Numbered from the stretch's first letter, positions 29,296 through 39,870 are shown. The stretch is DNA of 64,000 bases from an uncultured Gammaproteobacteria bacterium (GCA_964566225.1 CAZMHV010000004.1:64248-128247), one strand, 5' to 3'. Numbers and translations: made by a program. Notes: generated from the sequence alone by a model not told the origin.

Positions 29296-31128
29296 ATGAC
29301 ATCAAAAAGAAAGAAAATTATTGGAGTCGTGGGTGGGATAGCAGTGCTTCTCATTGTTATTGGTATGGTGAAGGGCAAAGATGCTGCTGTGTCAGAACTC
29401 ACCACTGCCAAAGTAGAAAGAAAAAATTTGCAGCAATCTGTGAGTGAAACAGGAACGGTAGAAGCAAACGTAAAAATTGAATATGGATGGGAAAAGAGTG
29501 GGCGAGTGATTAAAATTGAAAAGAAAGTTGGGGATCAAGTAAAAGCTGGTGATAAAATTGCTTCTATTGATGGATCTACTGAACGCACAAATTTGGCACA
29601 GAGTGTTGCCTTACTCCGGTCTGCTGAAGCTTCTTTGAATGTAAAATTTGCTGGACCAACCAATGAAAATTTACGTTCTGCACAGGCCAATGTGGACAAG
29701 GCGCGCGCAGGTGTAACTGATGCCCAGGCGAATATTATTAAGGTATCCCTCAGTAGTGCCAGTGCCCTTGAAACGGCTCAGCGTGCCCTTGAAACCGCAA
29801 CGGTAAATTTGGGGCTCAGTCAAGGTGGTGAACAAAGTCGTGTCGTCAATGATGCCTATGATAATTTGGTAAATAGTTTGAAATCTGCCGTAACAAAATT
29901 GAACGATGGACTCATACAGGCAGATAATATTTTAGGCATTGATAATCGTTTTGCAAATGATGATTTTGAAGAATTACTTGGTAAGCAAGATGGTTCGGCT
30001 CTTGATATTGCTAAATCAAGTTACGTATCAGCACGAAGTGCTGTGAAGCAGAGTGAACTCAGTGTTGCCTCTTTGAATAGTATGACTGATCACTCTGTGA
30101 TTGATGCTGCTGCACGAACAGTGATATCAACATTTGGATCTGCTCAAAAAAATTTAACAGATGTAAAAAATGTACTCAATGCAACCTTGTCTGGAAATAA
30201 TTTAAGTCAGGCTGAGTTATCTGTATTGAAAACAAATATACTCACGGCACAAGTATCGGTAAATGCAAGTGCTACTGATGTGACTCACTCGGTTCAGGGT
30301 GTTACGACTGCACGCAGTAGTTTGAACTCATATCAAATTGCCTACGAAAAAGCCAAGCAAGATTTGGAAAATACCAAAAAACAAAATGAAGTTCAAAAGT
30401 CTTTGGCTGAAGCCAATGTAATTTCTGCCGAAGCACTTTTGACACAAGCGCAAGCTGCGTTTGACACTTTGGTAAATAAACCTCGTGATATTGATGTTGC
30501 GGCACTTCGTGCTGAAGTGAGTCGCAATCAAGCTGCGGTACAGAGTGCACAAAATGAATTGTCCAAAACTGAACTCAAAGCTTTGACTGATGGGGTGATT
30601 TCAAAATTGGATACGGAGGTCGGTGAGAATGCTGTCCCAGGAACACCTATGGTGACGATTCTTTCTCCGGGGATGTCTATCAAAGTAGATATTTCTGAAA
30701 CAGAAATTTCAAAGATAAAAATAAATGACGTGGCGGCAATTACTCTCGATGCCTTTGGAGAAGATACAAAATTTTCAGGAAAAGTGATTTCTATTGAGCC
30801 AGCTGAAACAAGAGTCTCCGGTGTGGTCTACTACAAAACAACCGTCGTATTTGACATGGACAATGACTCTGTAAAAAATGTAAAACCAGGTATGACCGCA
30901 AATGTAAGTATTTATACTGATCGTCGTGATGGTGTGTTGGTAGTCCCTGGTAGAAGTGTGCTCGAAAAAGAAGGCAAAAGAATTGTTCGTGTAGTTACCA
31001 ATGCCAAAAAAGGACAATTTGAAGAAAAAGAAGTTCAAGTTGGTATGAAAGGTGACAACGGTGAAGTGGAAATTTTAGCAGGAATTGATGATGGTGCCGA
31101 AGTAGTTACTTTTATAAAAACAAAGTAA
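29296..31128 (+). CDS. MacA-like membrane fusion (adaptor) protein with long coiled coil
   Basis: N-terminal TM, lipoyl half-motifs and KPGMTA. Confidence 0.88.
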   Translation: MTSKRKKIIGVVGGIAVLLIVIGMVKGKDAAVSELTTAKVERKNLQQSVSETGTVEANVKIEYGWEKSGRVIKIEKKVGDQVKAGDKIASIDGSTERTNLAQSVALLRSAEASLNVKFAGPTNENLRSAQANVDKARAGVTDAQANIIKVSLSSASALETAQRALETATVNLGLSQGGEQSRVVNDAYDNLVNSLKSAVTKLNDGLIQADNILGIDNRFANDDFEELLGKQDGSALDIAKSSYVSARSAVKQSELSVASLNSMTDHSVIDAAARTVISTFGSAQKNLTDVKNVLNATLSGNNLSQAELSVLKTNILTAQVSVNASATDVTHSVQGVTTARSSLNSYQIAYEKAKQDLENTKKQNEVQKSLAEANVISAEALLTQAQAAFDTLVNKPRDIDVAALRAEVSRNQAAVQSAQNELSKTELKALTDGVISKLDTEVGENAVPGTPMVTILSPGMSIKVDISETEISKIKINDVAAITLDAFGEDTKFSGKVISIEPAETRVSGVVYYKTTVVFDMDNDSVKNVKPGMTANVSIYTDRRDGVLVVPGRSVLEKEGKRIVRVVTNAKKGQFEEKEVQVGMKGDNGEVEILAGIDDGAEVVTFIKTK

Positions 31129-31131
31129 TGT

Positions 31132-31848
31132 ATGTCTCTGATTAACATGAAAAATTTAAAAAAGGATTATACCACCGGTGACGTGGTAACTCCTGTATTG
31201 CATGGGCTCTCTTTTCAAATAGAACGGGGAGAGTTTGTTGCTATCATGGGTCCATCTGGATCTGGAAAGTCAACACTCATGCATATTTTAAGTTTTCTCG
31301 ACTCTCCAACTTCTGGTGAATATATTTTTGACGGCGAACCTGTTTCGAGTTTAACCGATGAAGAACTTGCCAAAATGCGTAACGAAAGAATTGGATTTGT
31401 GTTTCAAGCCTTTCATTTGTTGCCTCGAACGTCTGTAGAAGAAAATGTTGGGTTGCCACTGCTCTATAGTAAAAAGAAAATGGATAAAAAAGCTGTGGTC
31501 AATAAAGCCATTAGCGAAGTTGGTCTTGAACATCGTCGAGATCATTTGTCCAATCAACTTTCGGGTGGAGAAAAACAGCGTGTGGCCATTGCTCGCGCAA
31601 TTGTGAATAACCCCGATATTATTTTTGCCGACGAACCAACCGGAAATTTGGACTCAAAATCTGGAAATCAAATTCTCAAAATTTTGCAAGACTTAAATGC
31701 ACAGGGGCATACCATTATTATGGTTACCCACGAACAAGATACGGCTAACCACGCCAAACGTATTTTGCGTGTGCGTGATGGATATCTCGAAAAAGACGAA
31801 AAAGTCGCCACTCGAAGATTTGCCGGAGATGGTGAACTGAAAAAATAA
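31132..31848 (+). CDS. ABC transporter ATP-binding protein (MacB/LolD family)
   Basis: [23 protein letters not shown] and ADEPTGNLD. Confidence 0.95.
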   Translation: MSLINMKNLKKDYTTGDVVTPVLHGLSFQIERGEFVAIMGPSGSGKSTLMHILSFLDSPTSGEYIFDGEPVSSLTDEELAKMRNERIGFVFQAFHLLPRTSVEENVGLPLLYSKKKMDKKAVVNKAISEVGLEHRRDHLSNQLSGGEKQRVAIARAIVNNPDIIFADEPTGNLDSKSGNQILKILQDLNAQGHTIIMVTHEQDTANHAKRILRVRDGYLEKDEKVATRRFAGDGELKK

Positions 31849-31849
31849 C

Positions 31850-33076
31850 ATGACAGTCCCTGATCTTCTGAAACTTTCCATGCATAACTTGAAGACCAAC
31901 AAACGTCGGTCTATTTTGACTATGCTGGGACTCATTATTGGTATTCTTTCGGTGATTTTGGTGATGTCTGTGGGTGCTGGTGCGCAGAGTCTTATTACCA
32001 ACCAATTTCAAAAACAGGGGACAGATAAAATTGGTGTGCTCGCAGGGGCAAGTGATCCCAAAGGTCCTCCGGCATCAGCCATGGGAGTCATTATTACCAC
32101 ACTTACCGAAGAAGATGCTTTGGCATTGCTCAATAAAAAAAATGTAACCCATTCTGTATCTGTGAATGCCTATATTTCGGGCAACGATGTCTTGCAGTGG
32201 AAAGATGTGGATAGAAATGTAACCTTTACAGGGACCATGGCAAGTTATGCGGCATTTGAAAAGACAGAACTTGCTGGTGGCAGATTTTTTACCGAAGGAG
32301 AAGAAGGTAATGGCGAACATGTTCTTGTGCTCGGGTCTGATATTGCTGAGACCGTGTTTGGAAATACTGATCCAGTAGGTGAGACTGTGAAACTCAAACG
32401 AGAGTCATTTAAGGTAATTGGAGTTTTGAAGCACAAAGGTTCAACTGGATTTGAAAATCCAGATAATGCTGTACTTATCCCACTCAAAACTGCCCAGAGA
32501 GATTTACTGGGGGTGAATCACATAACCTATTTACGTGTACAACTCGACAGTCCTGAGGCAGTAGATCAGTCAATGGAAGAAGTGCGTCAAACTTTACTTG
32601 AACGTCATGGTGACGAAGATTTTTCGGTTCGCAGTGTGGCTGACTTACTCGAAACCTTAACGACGGTTACCAATGTGATGAAATTTTTTTTGGTAGCGAT
32701 TGCTGGAATTTCTTTGTTTGTTGGGGGAGTTGGTATTATGAATATTATGCTTATTGCCGTAAAAGAAAAAACCCGTGAAATTGGACTGCGAAAAGCAGTC
32801 GGAGCTACCAAACAAGACATTTCGCTTCAGTTTTTGGCAGAGAGTATTTTTATTTCACTTCTTGCTGGTATCATTGGTATTATACTTGGAGTTATTTTGT
32901 CATATGGTATTGCCAAGGGAGTGCAGTTTGCTGGGTATGATTATAGTTTTATTATTTCTGCGGGTTCTATAGTTGCTGCATGTTTGGTGGCTGGGTTTAC
33001 TGGCTTGGTATTTGGTACGCTTCCTGCGCGTCGGGCAGGAGTTTTGGATCCTATTGAAGCACTTCGTTATGAATAG
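31850..33076 (+). CDS. ABC transporter permease (MacB/FtsX family)
   Basis: GGVGIMNIM…REIGLRKAVGA and LDPIEALRYE. Confidence 0.93.
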   Translation: MTVPDLLKLSMHNLKTNKRRSILTMLGLIIGILSVILVMSVGAGAQSLITNQFQKQGTDKIGVLAGASDPKGPPASAMGVIITTLTEEDALALLNKKNVTHSVSVNAYISGNDVLQWKDVDRNVTFTGTMASYAAFEKTELAGGRFFTEGEEGNGEHVLVLGSDIAETVFGNTDPVGETVKLKRESFKVIGVLKHKGSTGFENPDNAVLIPLKTAQRDLLGVNHITYLRVQLDSPEAVDQSMEEVRQTLLERHGDEDFSVRSVADLLETLTTVTNVMKFFLVAIAGISLFVGGVGIMNIMLIAVKEKTREIGLRKAVGATKQDISLQFLAESIFISLLAGIIGIILGVILSYGIAKGVQFAGYDYSFIISAGSIVAACLVAGFTGLVFGTLPARRAGVLDPIEALRYE

Positions 33077-34319
33077 AATTTTGGTAAGCATGAGTTTGGC
33101 TTTTAAAACCCTCAAACACAACCTGTCGAGGAGTATTTTGACTATTGTAGGAATTACGGTTGGTATTGCTATGGTTGTCATAGTACTTTCTGCTGGTGCG
33201 GGACTCAAGGGGATTATTTTGGGTCAGATATCGAGTTTTGGTGATAATTGGATTAATGTAGAAGTAAAAATTCCTGACACGGGCAGAAATTCTCAACAAA
33301 ATAGTAGTGGACAAGCTCAAGGAGTGATTATCAAATCACTGGTTGAGTCTGATATGCAAGCGATCACCAAAGTTTCAAATATTAAAAATGCTTATGCTGG
33401 TATTACCAGTCAGGCTGTAATTTCTTACTCTGACCAAACATTTCACCCAATTATTTTTGGGGTGAGTCCAAGTTATCCTTTTATCAATAAGTCAAAAGTC
33501 GATACGGGCAGATTTTTTTCTGATGAAGATAATAAGTCTGTTTCACAAGTTGTGGTACTTGGAAATGAAATTTCACACAATCTTTTTGGTGACAACGATC
33601 CTGTTGGAAAATTTGTTCGTGTTGATAAAGAAAGTTATGAGGTCATTGGTGTTATGGAGAAACTGGGAAGTACTGGGTTTATGAATATGGATGGAATGAT
33701 TTATATTCCTTTGAAGACCGTACAGAAAAAAATTATGGCTGTAGACCATGTAAGTTTTATTGTTGCTGAAGCCGTAGATAAAACAAAGTCACTTGATACT
33801 TCAGAAGAAATCCGCAGTGTTCTTCGTGACAGACACAAAATTACAAATCCAGACAAAGATGATTTTGCTGTCACGACACAAGATGAGGCTGTGGAGGTGG
33901 TGGGTACAATTGTAGCAGGTATAAGTGGACTACTTATTGCACTTTCTTGTATTTCACTCCTTGTTGGAGGAGTAGGAATTATGAATGTTATGTATGTATC
34001 TGTGGCAGAGAGAACTTTTGAAATTGGGCTTCGTAAATCTGCAGGAGCAACAACTTCTGATATTTTGTGGCAATTTTTGGTCGAAGCAATTGTGTTGACT
34101 TTGTTTGGTGGAGTACTTGGTGTGGGCATTGGTGTTATTATTTCATTTTTGATTTCGGTAATTGCCAATGCGTTAAACTTTTCGTGGGAATTTGAAATTT
34201 CATTATTTTCAATATTTTTGAGTACAGGGTTTTCAACATTTGTGGGAATACTTTTTGGATTGTATCCTGCCAAAAAAGCAGCATCACTTGATCCAATGGT
34301 TGCAATTCGACAAGAGTAA
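33069..34319 (+). CDS. ABC transporter permease (MacB/FtsX family), second paralog
   Basis: GGVGIMNVM…EIGLRKSAGA; start overlaps the previous stop. Confidence 0.93.
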   Translation: MNRILVSMSLAFKTLKHNLSRSILTIVGITVGIAMVVIVLSAGAGLKGIILGQISSFGDNWINVEVKIPDTGRNSQQNSSGQAQGVIIKSLVESDMQAITKVSNIKNAYAGITSQAVISYSDQTFHPIIFGVSPSYPFINKSKVDTGRFFSDEDNKSVSQVVVLGNEISHNLFGDNDPVGKFVRVDKESYEVIGVMEKLGSTGFMNMDGMIYIPLKTVQKKIMAVDHVSFIVAEAVDKTKSLDTSEEIRSVLRDRHKITNPDKDDFAVTTQDEAVEVVGTIVAGISGLLIALSCISLLVGGVGIMNVMYVSVAERTFEIGLRKSAGATTSDILWQFLVEAIVLTLFGGVLGVGIGVIISFLISVIANALNFSWEFEISLFSIFLSTGFSTFVGILFGLYPAKKAASLDPMVAIRQE

Positions 34320-34400
34320 AATGACGAAAAAATTTTTTTGTGATATACTATTCCTAATATTAAAATATATTAGGAATTTTTATTATTTATTTTTCATGCT

Positions 34401-35924
34401 ATGCCAAAAAGCGCAGCTTCTAAACCACGCTCGCGTGCAAAATCGTCAACTCGACGTGTTTCATCTGCGCGGGCATCTTCTTCGAGAACTCTTACTAGAG
34501 TAAAAACAAATGTTATTACTGATACAAAAATTCTCATGGCAACCATAGCGCTTTTGTTGTCTACGGGACTTTCACTTATTGCTGTACCGGCAGCCCCTGG
34601 TCAGATGCAGTTGGCCGCTGCAGCAAAATGTGGGGTGAACAAAGTTACCTATGGACGAGTTTGTGCTGCCAAAATGTATACGGGTGCACGGGTAGTCTGT
34701 CATGATGGAAGTTTTGCTGATGTTGGCGCGGGGCAGTGTTTGTCTGTCGCTGCTATTGCACAGCTGGGAAATGTTGTTTGTCAAAACAAATGCTCTGATG
34801 CTGTGGTGGTAGCTCCACAACCAAGACTTACGGTGCGTACCAATGTAGATACACCACTTGGAACCAATTTAGTTTTGGGAAGTGTAGATACCATGGTTGC
34901 TAAATTTGACTTGATCGCCTCTAATGTTGAAGATATTAATTTGCGAGATTTTGCGGTGAGTTTTCATTTGCCAGAACATTTGGCAACCGGAACTCTTCGT
35001 AATATCAGACTGTTTGATGGAGACGTTCAAGTAAGTGAAAATATTGCACATTTAGGTGGAGCTCCTACTACTTCAACTTTTCATACGGCAGTATTTCACA
35101 ATATAAATTTACGCTTATTGAGATCTCAAGTAAAAACATTGATTGTAAAAGCAGACATGAGTACGTACGAAAATAATGGATTTTTGAGTGGAGTCCGTTT
35201 TCAACCAGCTATTTTAAATACTGACTATGATCAAATGGCACCTGGAGTGCAACTTGCTGTCAATGCAGAAGGCTTGGTAAGTGGGAGCGTACTCCAATCA
35301 CGAGATATTGTGTTTATTGCAAATGCAGGTACGGTTGCTTCAGGAAGCAAAAGTGAACAATCTTTGTTAAGTACATTGTTACCACGTACTTCAGGATATG
35401 TTGGAGCCAATCAATTTGTAGTATATAGAACAAAGCTTGTAGTTATGTGGGCAGCAGATACACCAACTGGGTTTTCTGCACCAGCATCGGGACAAGTGAT
35501 TGGAAAATTTATTGTGAATAATTTTGCAAATAATGGTAACTATAATGCTACCGTACGGGCAACGAATGTAAACTTATCAAGCAATCGTATTGTTGCTGCA
35601 CAGCCAAGGACTCTCAATATTTATCGTGATTCACTTCAAAGTGTTATTTTGGCAACCACACAGTTTCAAGGAGTTGTCTCGGGAAATAGTGGGTTTGAAG
35701 ATCGTTCATTTGGTGATGTTGAAATTTCAAGCGGTGCCAATAAAACTTTTTTTGTAACATTTGATACTATAGATGCCTTAGCAAATCAAGCTCTTTTGGT
35801 CAATGTTCCTTGGTCTGTAAATGAAGTAAAATATTTTGGTCTATTGTGGAGTGATGGTGTTGTTCACGACATTGTTGCCTCAGACAATGGTCTCCCTCTG
35901 GCTCCGAAGACATTGGTTTACTAA
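34401..35924 (+). CDS. Putative surface/secreted beta-rich protein
   Basis: Basic N terminus, one hydrophobic helix, Cys-rich segment and beta-strand-rich domains. Confidence 0.75.
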   Translation: MPKSAASKPRSRAKSSTRRVSSARASSSRTLTRVKTNVITDTKILMATIALLLSTGLSLIAVPAAPGQMQLAAAAKCGVNKVTYGRVCAAKMYTGARVVCHDGSFADVGAGQCLSVAAIAQLGNVVCQNKCSDAVVVAPQPRLTVRTNVDTPLGTNLVLGSVDTMVAKFDLIASNVEDINLRDFAVSFHLPEHLATGTLRNIRLFDGDVQVSENIAHLGGAPTTSTFHTAVFHNINLRLLRSQVKTLIVKADMSTYENNGFLSGVRFQPAILNTDYDQMAPGVQLAVNAEGLVSGSVLQSRDIVFIANAGTVASGSKSEQSLLSTLLPRTSGYVGANQFVVYRTKLVVMWAADTPTGFSAPASGQVIGKFIVNNFANNGNYNATVRATNVNLSSNRIVAAQPRTLNIYRDSLQSVILATTQFQGVVSGNSGFEDRSFGDVEISSGANKTFFVTFDTIDALANQALLVNVPWSVNEVKYFGLLWSDGVVHDIVASDNGLPLAPKTLVY

Positions 35925-35932
35925 ATAGTTTT

Positions 35933-35965
35933 AAAAAGAGTCCCTTGACCAGGGGCTCTTTTTTT
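35933..35965 (+). terminator. Intrinsic terminator
   Basis: AAAAAGAGTCCCT-tgacc-AGGGGCTCTTTTTTT. Confidence 0.75.
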
Positions 35966-35978
35966 GTGCTATACTAGT

Positions 35979-36623
35979 ATGCATATGAATACGCAACAAC
36001 AAAAAAAGCGAGCACACATTGTGCTCAAAGAGCTCAAAAAATTATTTCCAATAGCGGAAACGATTTTGCGTTCCTCAAACGATGTGGAGCTTTTGATTGC
36101 GGTTATGTTATCGGCCCAAACCACTGATGTGCAGGTGAACAAAGTAACAGCAAAGGTATTTGCCAAATATAAGACGCTTGAGGACTATGTAAATGCCAAT
36201 GCAGGGGAGTTTGAACAAGATATTTCTTCGGTGAATTTTTATAGGGCCAAAGCCAAAAATATTTTGGCTATGACAAAGATGCTCCACCAAAAACATGGTG
36301 GGCAGGTGCCTTCTACTCTGGAAGAATTGATTGAACTGCCCGGCGTTGGGCGCAAGACAGCAAACGTTGTGTTAGGATTTATTTATGGGGTAGTGGAGGG
36401 GATTGCTGTAGATACACACGTGACTCGTTTAGCGCACAAGTGGGGTCTCACAAATTCGACTGACCCAAAAAAAATTGAGCAGGATCTTATGCAGATACTG
36501 CCCAAAAAAGAATGGCATGATTTTACCCTTCGGGTGATTGATTATGGTCGCAAGTATTCACCAGCGCGGAAGGTGGGGGATGATGGTGATCCGATTTCGG
36601 TGAAGCTAAAAAAAGTGGAGTAA
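35979..36623 (+). CDS. nth: Endonuclease III (HhH-GPD), lacking Fe-S cysteines
   Basis: LSAQTTD, LPGVGRKTANVV and AVDTHV motifs; exact start uncertain. Confidence 0.9.
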   Translation: MHMNTQQQKKRAHIVLKELKKLFPIAETILRSSNDVELLIAVMLSAQTTDVQVNKVTAKVFAKYKTLEDYVNANAGEFEQDISSVNFYRAKAKNILAMTKMLHQKHGGQVPSTLEELIELPGVGRKTANVVLGFIYGVVEGIAVDTHVTRLAHKWGLTNSTDPKKIEQDLMQILPKKEWHDFTLRVIDYGRKYSPARKVGDDGDPISVKLKKVE

Positions 36624-36632
36624 TGGTGTGTG

Positions 36633-37616
36633 TTAACGGAGTTCTTCAAAATATTTTTTGGCAAGAGCCACGTTTACGGGTCGGTATCGAATCGTTTCAA
36701 GCAGGTGTGGATTTACTCCTGCTCTTTTTATTTGTTGTTTAATTTGATCTTTTGAAAAGGATTGTAATTCACTGTCAGTATTAGCAGGAAGAATAATATC
36801 TGTTTTGGCGAGCGAATCTGCCAAAAAGAGAAGTCCTACTTCTCGGGCCATCCCAGTACCTTGGTATTTTTGTGCAAGTGTTTGTACTTCTTGTGTACAC
36901 AAATCTGTTTTTAAAAATGGAAAACCATATCCACCATCAAATTGTTTTGACAGGTTGCGTACAATTCCAAGTTCGTAGTGAAGTTCGGCACACTGTGCAA
37001 TGTATTCAATTTGGTGTGGAGTGAGACCGAGTTTTTCTTGGAGCCATTTTTGAAAAAGTTCTCCTCGGATAATGGCACCTGAGCTGGCTTCGTGACGATT
37101 GAAGCTGTGAAATGTACCATCGGGTTGGTGCCAAGTTCTGCGAACAGCAAATTTTCCAAAGTCGTGAAGGGGAATAGATATTTGCATTAAATCATGTTTG
37201 GATCTGCCATCAATGGTTTCGTTTTGAAGATCAGTAAGAATATGTTCTTGGTGCCAGGTAAGCAGGTAGTTTGGTACTTTGGTACGAAAAAATTCTTCAA
37301 ATTTTTTTGAATGCGTGAGAATACCCCATTGATGATATTGGGGTGCATGTTCCTGTGGATCATCAATATTTGTATAAAAAGATTCAATTTCTGGCGTGTG
37401 TTCTCCATTTCCCAAATAGTACAAAATAATACCTTTGGCAAATTCAGGAAAGTGAATCCACAAAAGTTGTAAAATATCGGCTGTTTCAAATTCTTGCCCA
37501 CTTTTTTTTATTTCAATGTGTGGATCAAATTCATTTGTACCTTGGAGGGGTGGTGTTTCAGTTGAATTGTTATTTGAATAAATTTCAAAAAGTTCAGGAC
37601 TGATTGTATGTTCCAT
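36633..37616 (-). CDS. HD-domain-containing hypothetical protein
   Basis: YHQWGILTHS, LHDFGK, RHEASS and ADSL motifs. Confidence 0.7.
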   Translation of the reverse strand: MEHTISPELFEIYSNNNSTETPPLQGTNEFDPHIEIKKSGQEFETADILQLLWIHFPEFAKGIILYYLGNGEHTPEIESFYTNIDDPQEHAPQYHQWGILTHSKKFEEFFRTKVPNYLLTWHQEHILTDLQNETIDGRSKHDLMQISIPLHDFGKFAVRRTWHQPDGTFHSFNRHEASSGAIIRGELFQKWLQEKLGLTPHQIEYIAQCAELHYELGIVRNLSKQFDGGYGFPFLKTDLCTQEVQTLAQKYQGTGMAREVGLLFLADSLAKTDIILPANTDSELQSFSKDQIKQQIKRAGVNPHLLETIRYRPVNVALAKKYFEELR

Positions 37617-37673
37617 AAAAAATATTCAAAAGCGAATATGTATATGATACAGGGAAGTAGGGGAGGGAGGCAA

Positions 37674-37804
37674 GTTCTACATCACTACAAAAAATATTTT
37701 AAGAGAAAAGTCTCCAGAGAGAGTTGAAAACTTTTGTGAAAAAATAATTTTGTAGTGGTGTGGAACGCGGAGGAGGGGAGGTCCTCCGCTATCCTCCTAG
37801 TTGG
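37674..37804 (-). repeat. Array-terminal double-hairpin element (copy M)
   Basis: On minus strand: CAACTAGG, GCGGAGGA/TCCTCCGC, then long GTTCCACACCACTAC…GTAGTGATGTAGAAC hairpin. Confidence 0.55.
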
Positions 37805-37805
37805 G

Positions 37806-38204
37806 TTATCGTCGACCATTCGGCGACGGGACGATTCGTCCCTTGGCCAGGTCGGTGAGATCAGGCTGATTTGAGGCGGTCACCTCGAACCAACCACGCT
37901 TCTTTGCTTGACGAGCTGTGTTCGGCGAGATGCCGAACATTTTCATCAGCATGGAAGTGGATTGCCCTTGCTCGGCAGTGGAAAGTCGGACGAATCCGAC
38001 GTTTCCCCTGCGTTGAAAAATGCCGGGGCGATGGTACTCCAGGTGGAAGTACCCTCGCTCCTGGGCTCGCCAGAGTGTGACTCGAGATGCCTTGAGCCCA
38101 CACTCGTGGGCTTTCTGGCAGAGCTCCTTCAGGGGCAAGGCCTTTGCCTCGTCCGAGAGGAAGACCTTCATTTCCTTGATCTCGAAAAAGGCATTTGGCT
38201 CCAT
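37806..38204 (-). CDS. Small protein with two tandem HTH-like repeats
   Basis: SRVTLWRAQERGYF / SPNTARQAKKRGWF; AAGGA before MEPNAF. Confidence 0.65.
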   Translation of the reverse strand: MEPNAFFEIKEMKVFLSDEAKALPLKELCQKAHECGLKASRVTLWRAQERGYFHLEYHRPGIFQRRGNVGFVRLSTAEQGQSTSMLMKMFGISPNTARQAKKRGWFEVTASNQPDLTDLAKGRIVPSPNGRR

Positions 38205-38302
38205 CTGGGAGTTTCCTTTTGTAATGTGGGCGGAATTACCCTTCACAGATTTCAAGTGATTGAAATATCTCAAGGGTAATTTCAAATAATGATATCTTCT
38301 CA

Positions 38303-38384
38303 ACTTTTTCCTCCTTTTGACAAAGAAAAAAGTAATCGAATGGGCGAAGCGGATGTGCGGTCCGTTCTTCGCCCTGGCGTGTGC
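38303..38384 (-). repeat. GCAC double-hairpin element, copy D
   Basis: Stop TAA immediately followed by GCACACG, stem GGGCGAAG/CTTCGCCC with CCGCACA loop, then A/T-rich hairpin. Confidence 0.7.
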
Positions 38385-39161
38385 TTACACATAGTCAGTG
38401 TCGGGGTCACTTACCGACAAGACTTTGGTCTCAGCGTCCAGCTGTTGAGCAATGGTGCCCCAGCGGGGTCGCATTGCTCTTCCTCTGAAAAAGATCATGC
38501 CCACACGTACTGTGAGCCGATCTCTACATCTTTCGCATTTCACCACGAAGTCGTGGTTTATTGCGAAAGGTGGGACTTCCCACTTTGAGAACCCACAGCT
38601 GCAGTGGGTCTCGGTATGAGCCTGTTCCCACCAGAGGCTCATATTCTTGATTTGTTTCTGGAGTCGACGTCGTTGTCGACGTCTATACTGCCAAGAACAA
38701 AATAAGTCTAATTGGAGTGCGTATCGGAGGATGTCTGATGAGATCCTCCAAATCCACTCCGGTGGTCTGGCTTTTTGGGTTGTGACTTTCACCAAAAAGC
38801 GTTTTTTTGTAGGCGCCCCCCCTGGCCTAGTCCAGGGTCCTTCCGGGGGGGAAAGGAACCCTGACGTGCCGATGTTGAAGAAAGTTTCTTCTTCGACAAC
38901 GGCTACCCCCGACCCGTCTGGAGAGGTCTCCGATGTTGGGTGGTAGTAAGCCAACCCATCTGTAAGCCCCCACCTCCAGGGCCTATCAAGGGTACCGTTT
39001 CGGCACCCCTTGTGCCCAAGGTCTGGGGAGTGTCCACACCCCCCCGCACAATATCGGGGGGTTGTGATGACCTCTCTTTTTTGTGTGGTAGCCAGTTTGG
39101 AGGAAGTAGAGGTCTCCAGGTTGACCTCCTCTTCTTCTTGTTGTTGGAGCTTAAGTATCAT
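38385..39161 (-). CDS. Hypothetical protein with Cys/His motifs
   Basis: ATG overlaps upstream TGA (ATGA); CAGGCGH, CSC and CERC. Confidence 0.6.
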   Translation of the reverse strand: MILKLQQQEEEEVNLETSTSSKLATTQKREVITTPRYCAGGCGHSPDLGHKGCRNGTLDRPWRWGLTDGLAYYHPTSETSPDGSGVAVVEEETFFNIGTSGFLSPPEGPWTRPGGAPTKKRFLVKVTTQKARPPEWIWRISSDILRYALQLDLFCSWQYRRRQRRRLQKQIKNMSLWWEQAHTETHCSCGFSKWEVPPFAINHDFVVKCERCRDRLTVRVGMIFFRGRAMRPRWGTIAQQLDAETKVLSVSDPDTDYV

Positions 39162-39547
39162 CCTTCTTTCCACTTTCCCTCTCCAGGGGAAAGGCCAAAT
39201 ACCTCCTCCCACTCAGGACGGAGGTTTGCGGGGGACTCCGCTGATGAGGCCTGTGAAATGAGGAACAACATCGCCTCCTTCCGAGGCGACTTCTCGGGTT
39301 CCGCGGCGATAAGCTGGCTTCCGATCACCTTGAGGGGGACGTACCCCCTTCGGTGGTAGTAGACAGCCACTTCCTTCACCACGCGAACGAAGTGGGGGGA
39401 AGAGATCCCTGCAGGAATCTCAATAATCGCCGCAATGAGAGTCTCGATCATGGACTTTCTCCTCGCGCTGCCCCTGGCGCTGTTAGGGTTGATGGGATGG
39501 GGCATTATTGTTGCCATTACTCTGGTAAAAATAATGTTCCATCTCAT
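39158..39547 (-). CDS. Hypothetical protein
   Basis: ORF translationally coupled to the next gene; start uncertain. Confidence 0.5.
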   Translation of the reverse strand: MRWNIIFTRVMATIMPHPINPNSARGSARRKSMIETLIAAIIEIPAGISSPHFVRVVKEVAVYYHRRGYVPLKVIGSQLIAAEPEKSPRKEAMLFLISQASSAESPANLRPEWEEVFGLSPGEGKWKEG

Positions 39548-39624
39548 CTTGTTTTCTTCCCGGATTTGCTTATCGCATTCACTGCCCTTGTATAAAGACA
39601 GCAGAGCGACAAGCAATTTTCAAT

Positions 39625-39822
39625 ACGCACGTCTTGGTAAACCTGCGCTTGCCAAAGAAAATAATATTTTTATTCACTTTGGCAATATTCAATTGTAAGG
39701 ATCTTCACTCTCTACACCACATTCATTAGGCTGCTGTAACATCCTTCATCCAATTTTTCACTTTGCTTTTGTGAAACCAAAGTTACTTTTGCATTTGGGA
39801 CTTTCTTGTTGTAGTAGCGACT
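39625..39822. repeat. Array-head repeat, copy 1
   Basis: 39625-39742 identical to 46009-46126 (118 bp) and 39800-39822 identical to 46184-46206, both at offset 6384. Confidence 0.95.
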
Positions 39823-39870
39823 TGTTAAATTTGATCTGCATCAAATGTTGAAAGTTGTTGCTACATAATC

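Noticed and set aside
29035-34319. AbrB gene as the antitoxin of a TA pair
   Set aside because: No toxin gene follows; it heads an ordinary MacAB-like exporter operon.
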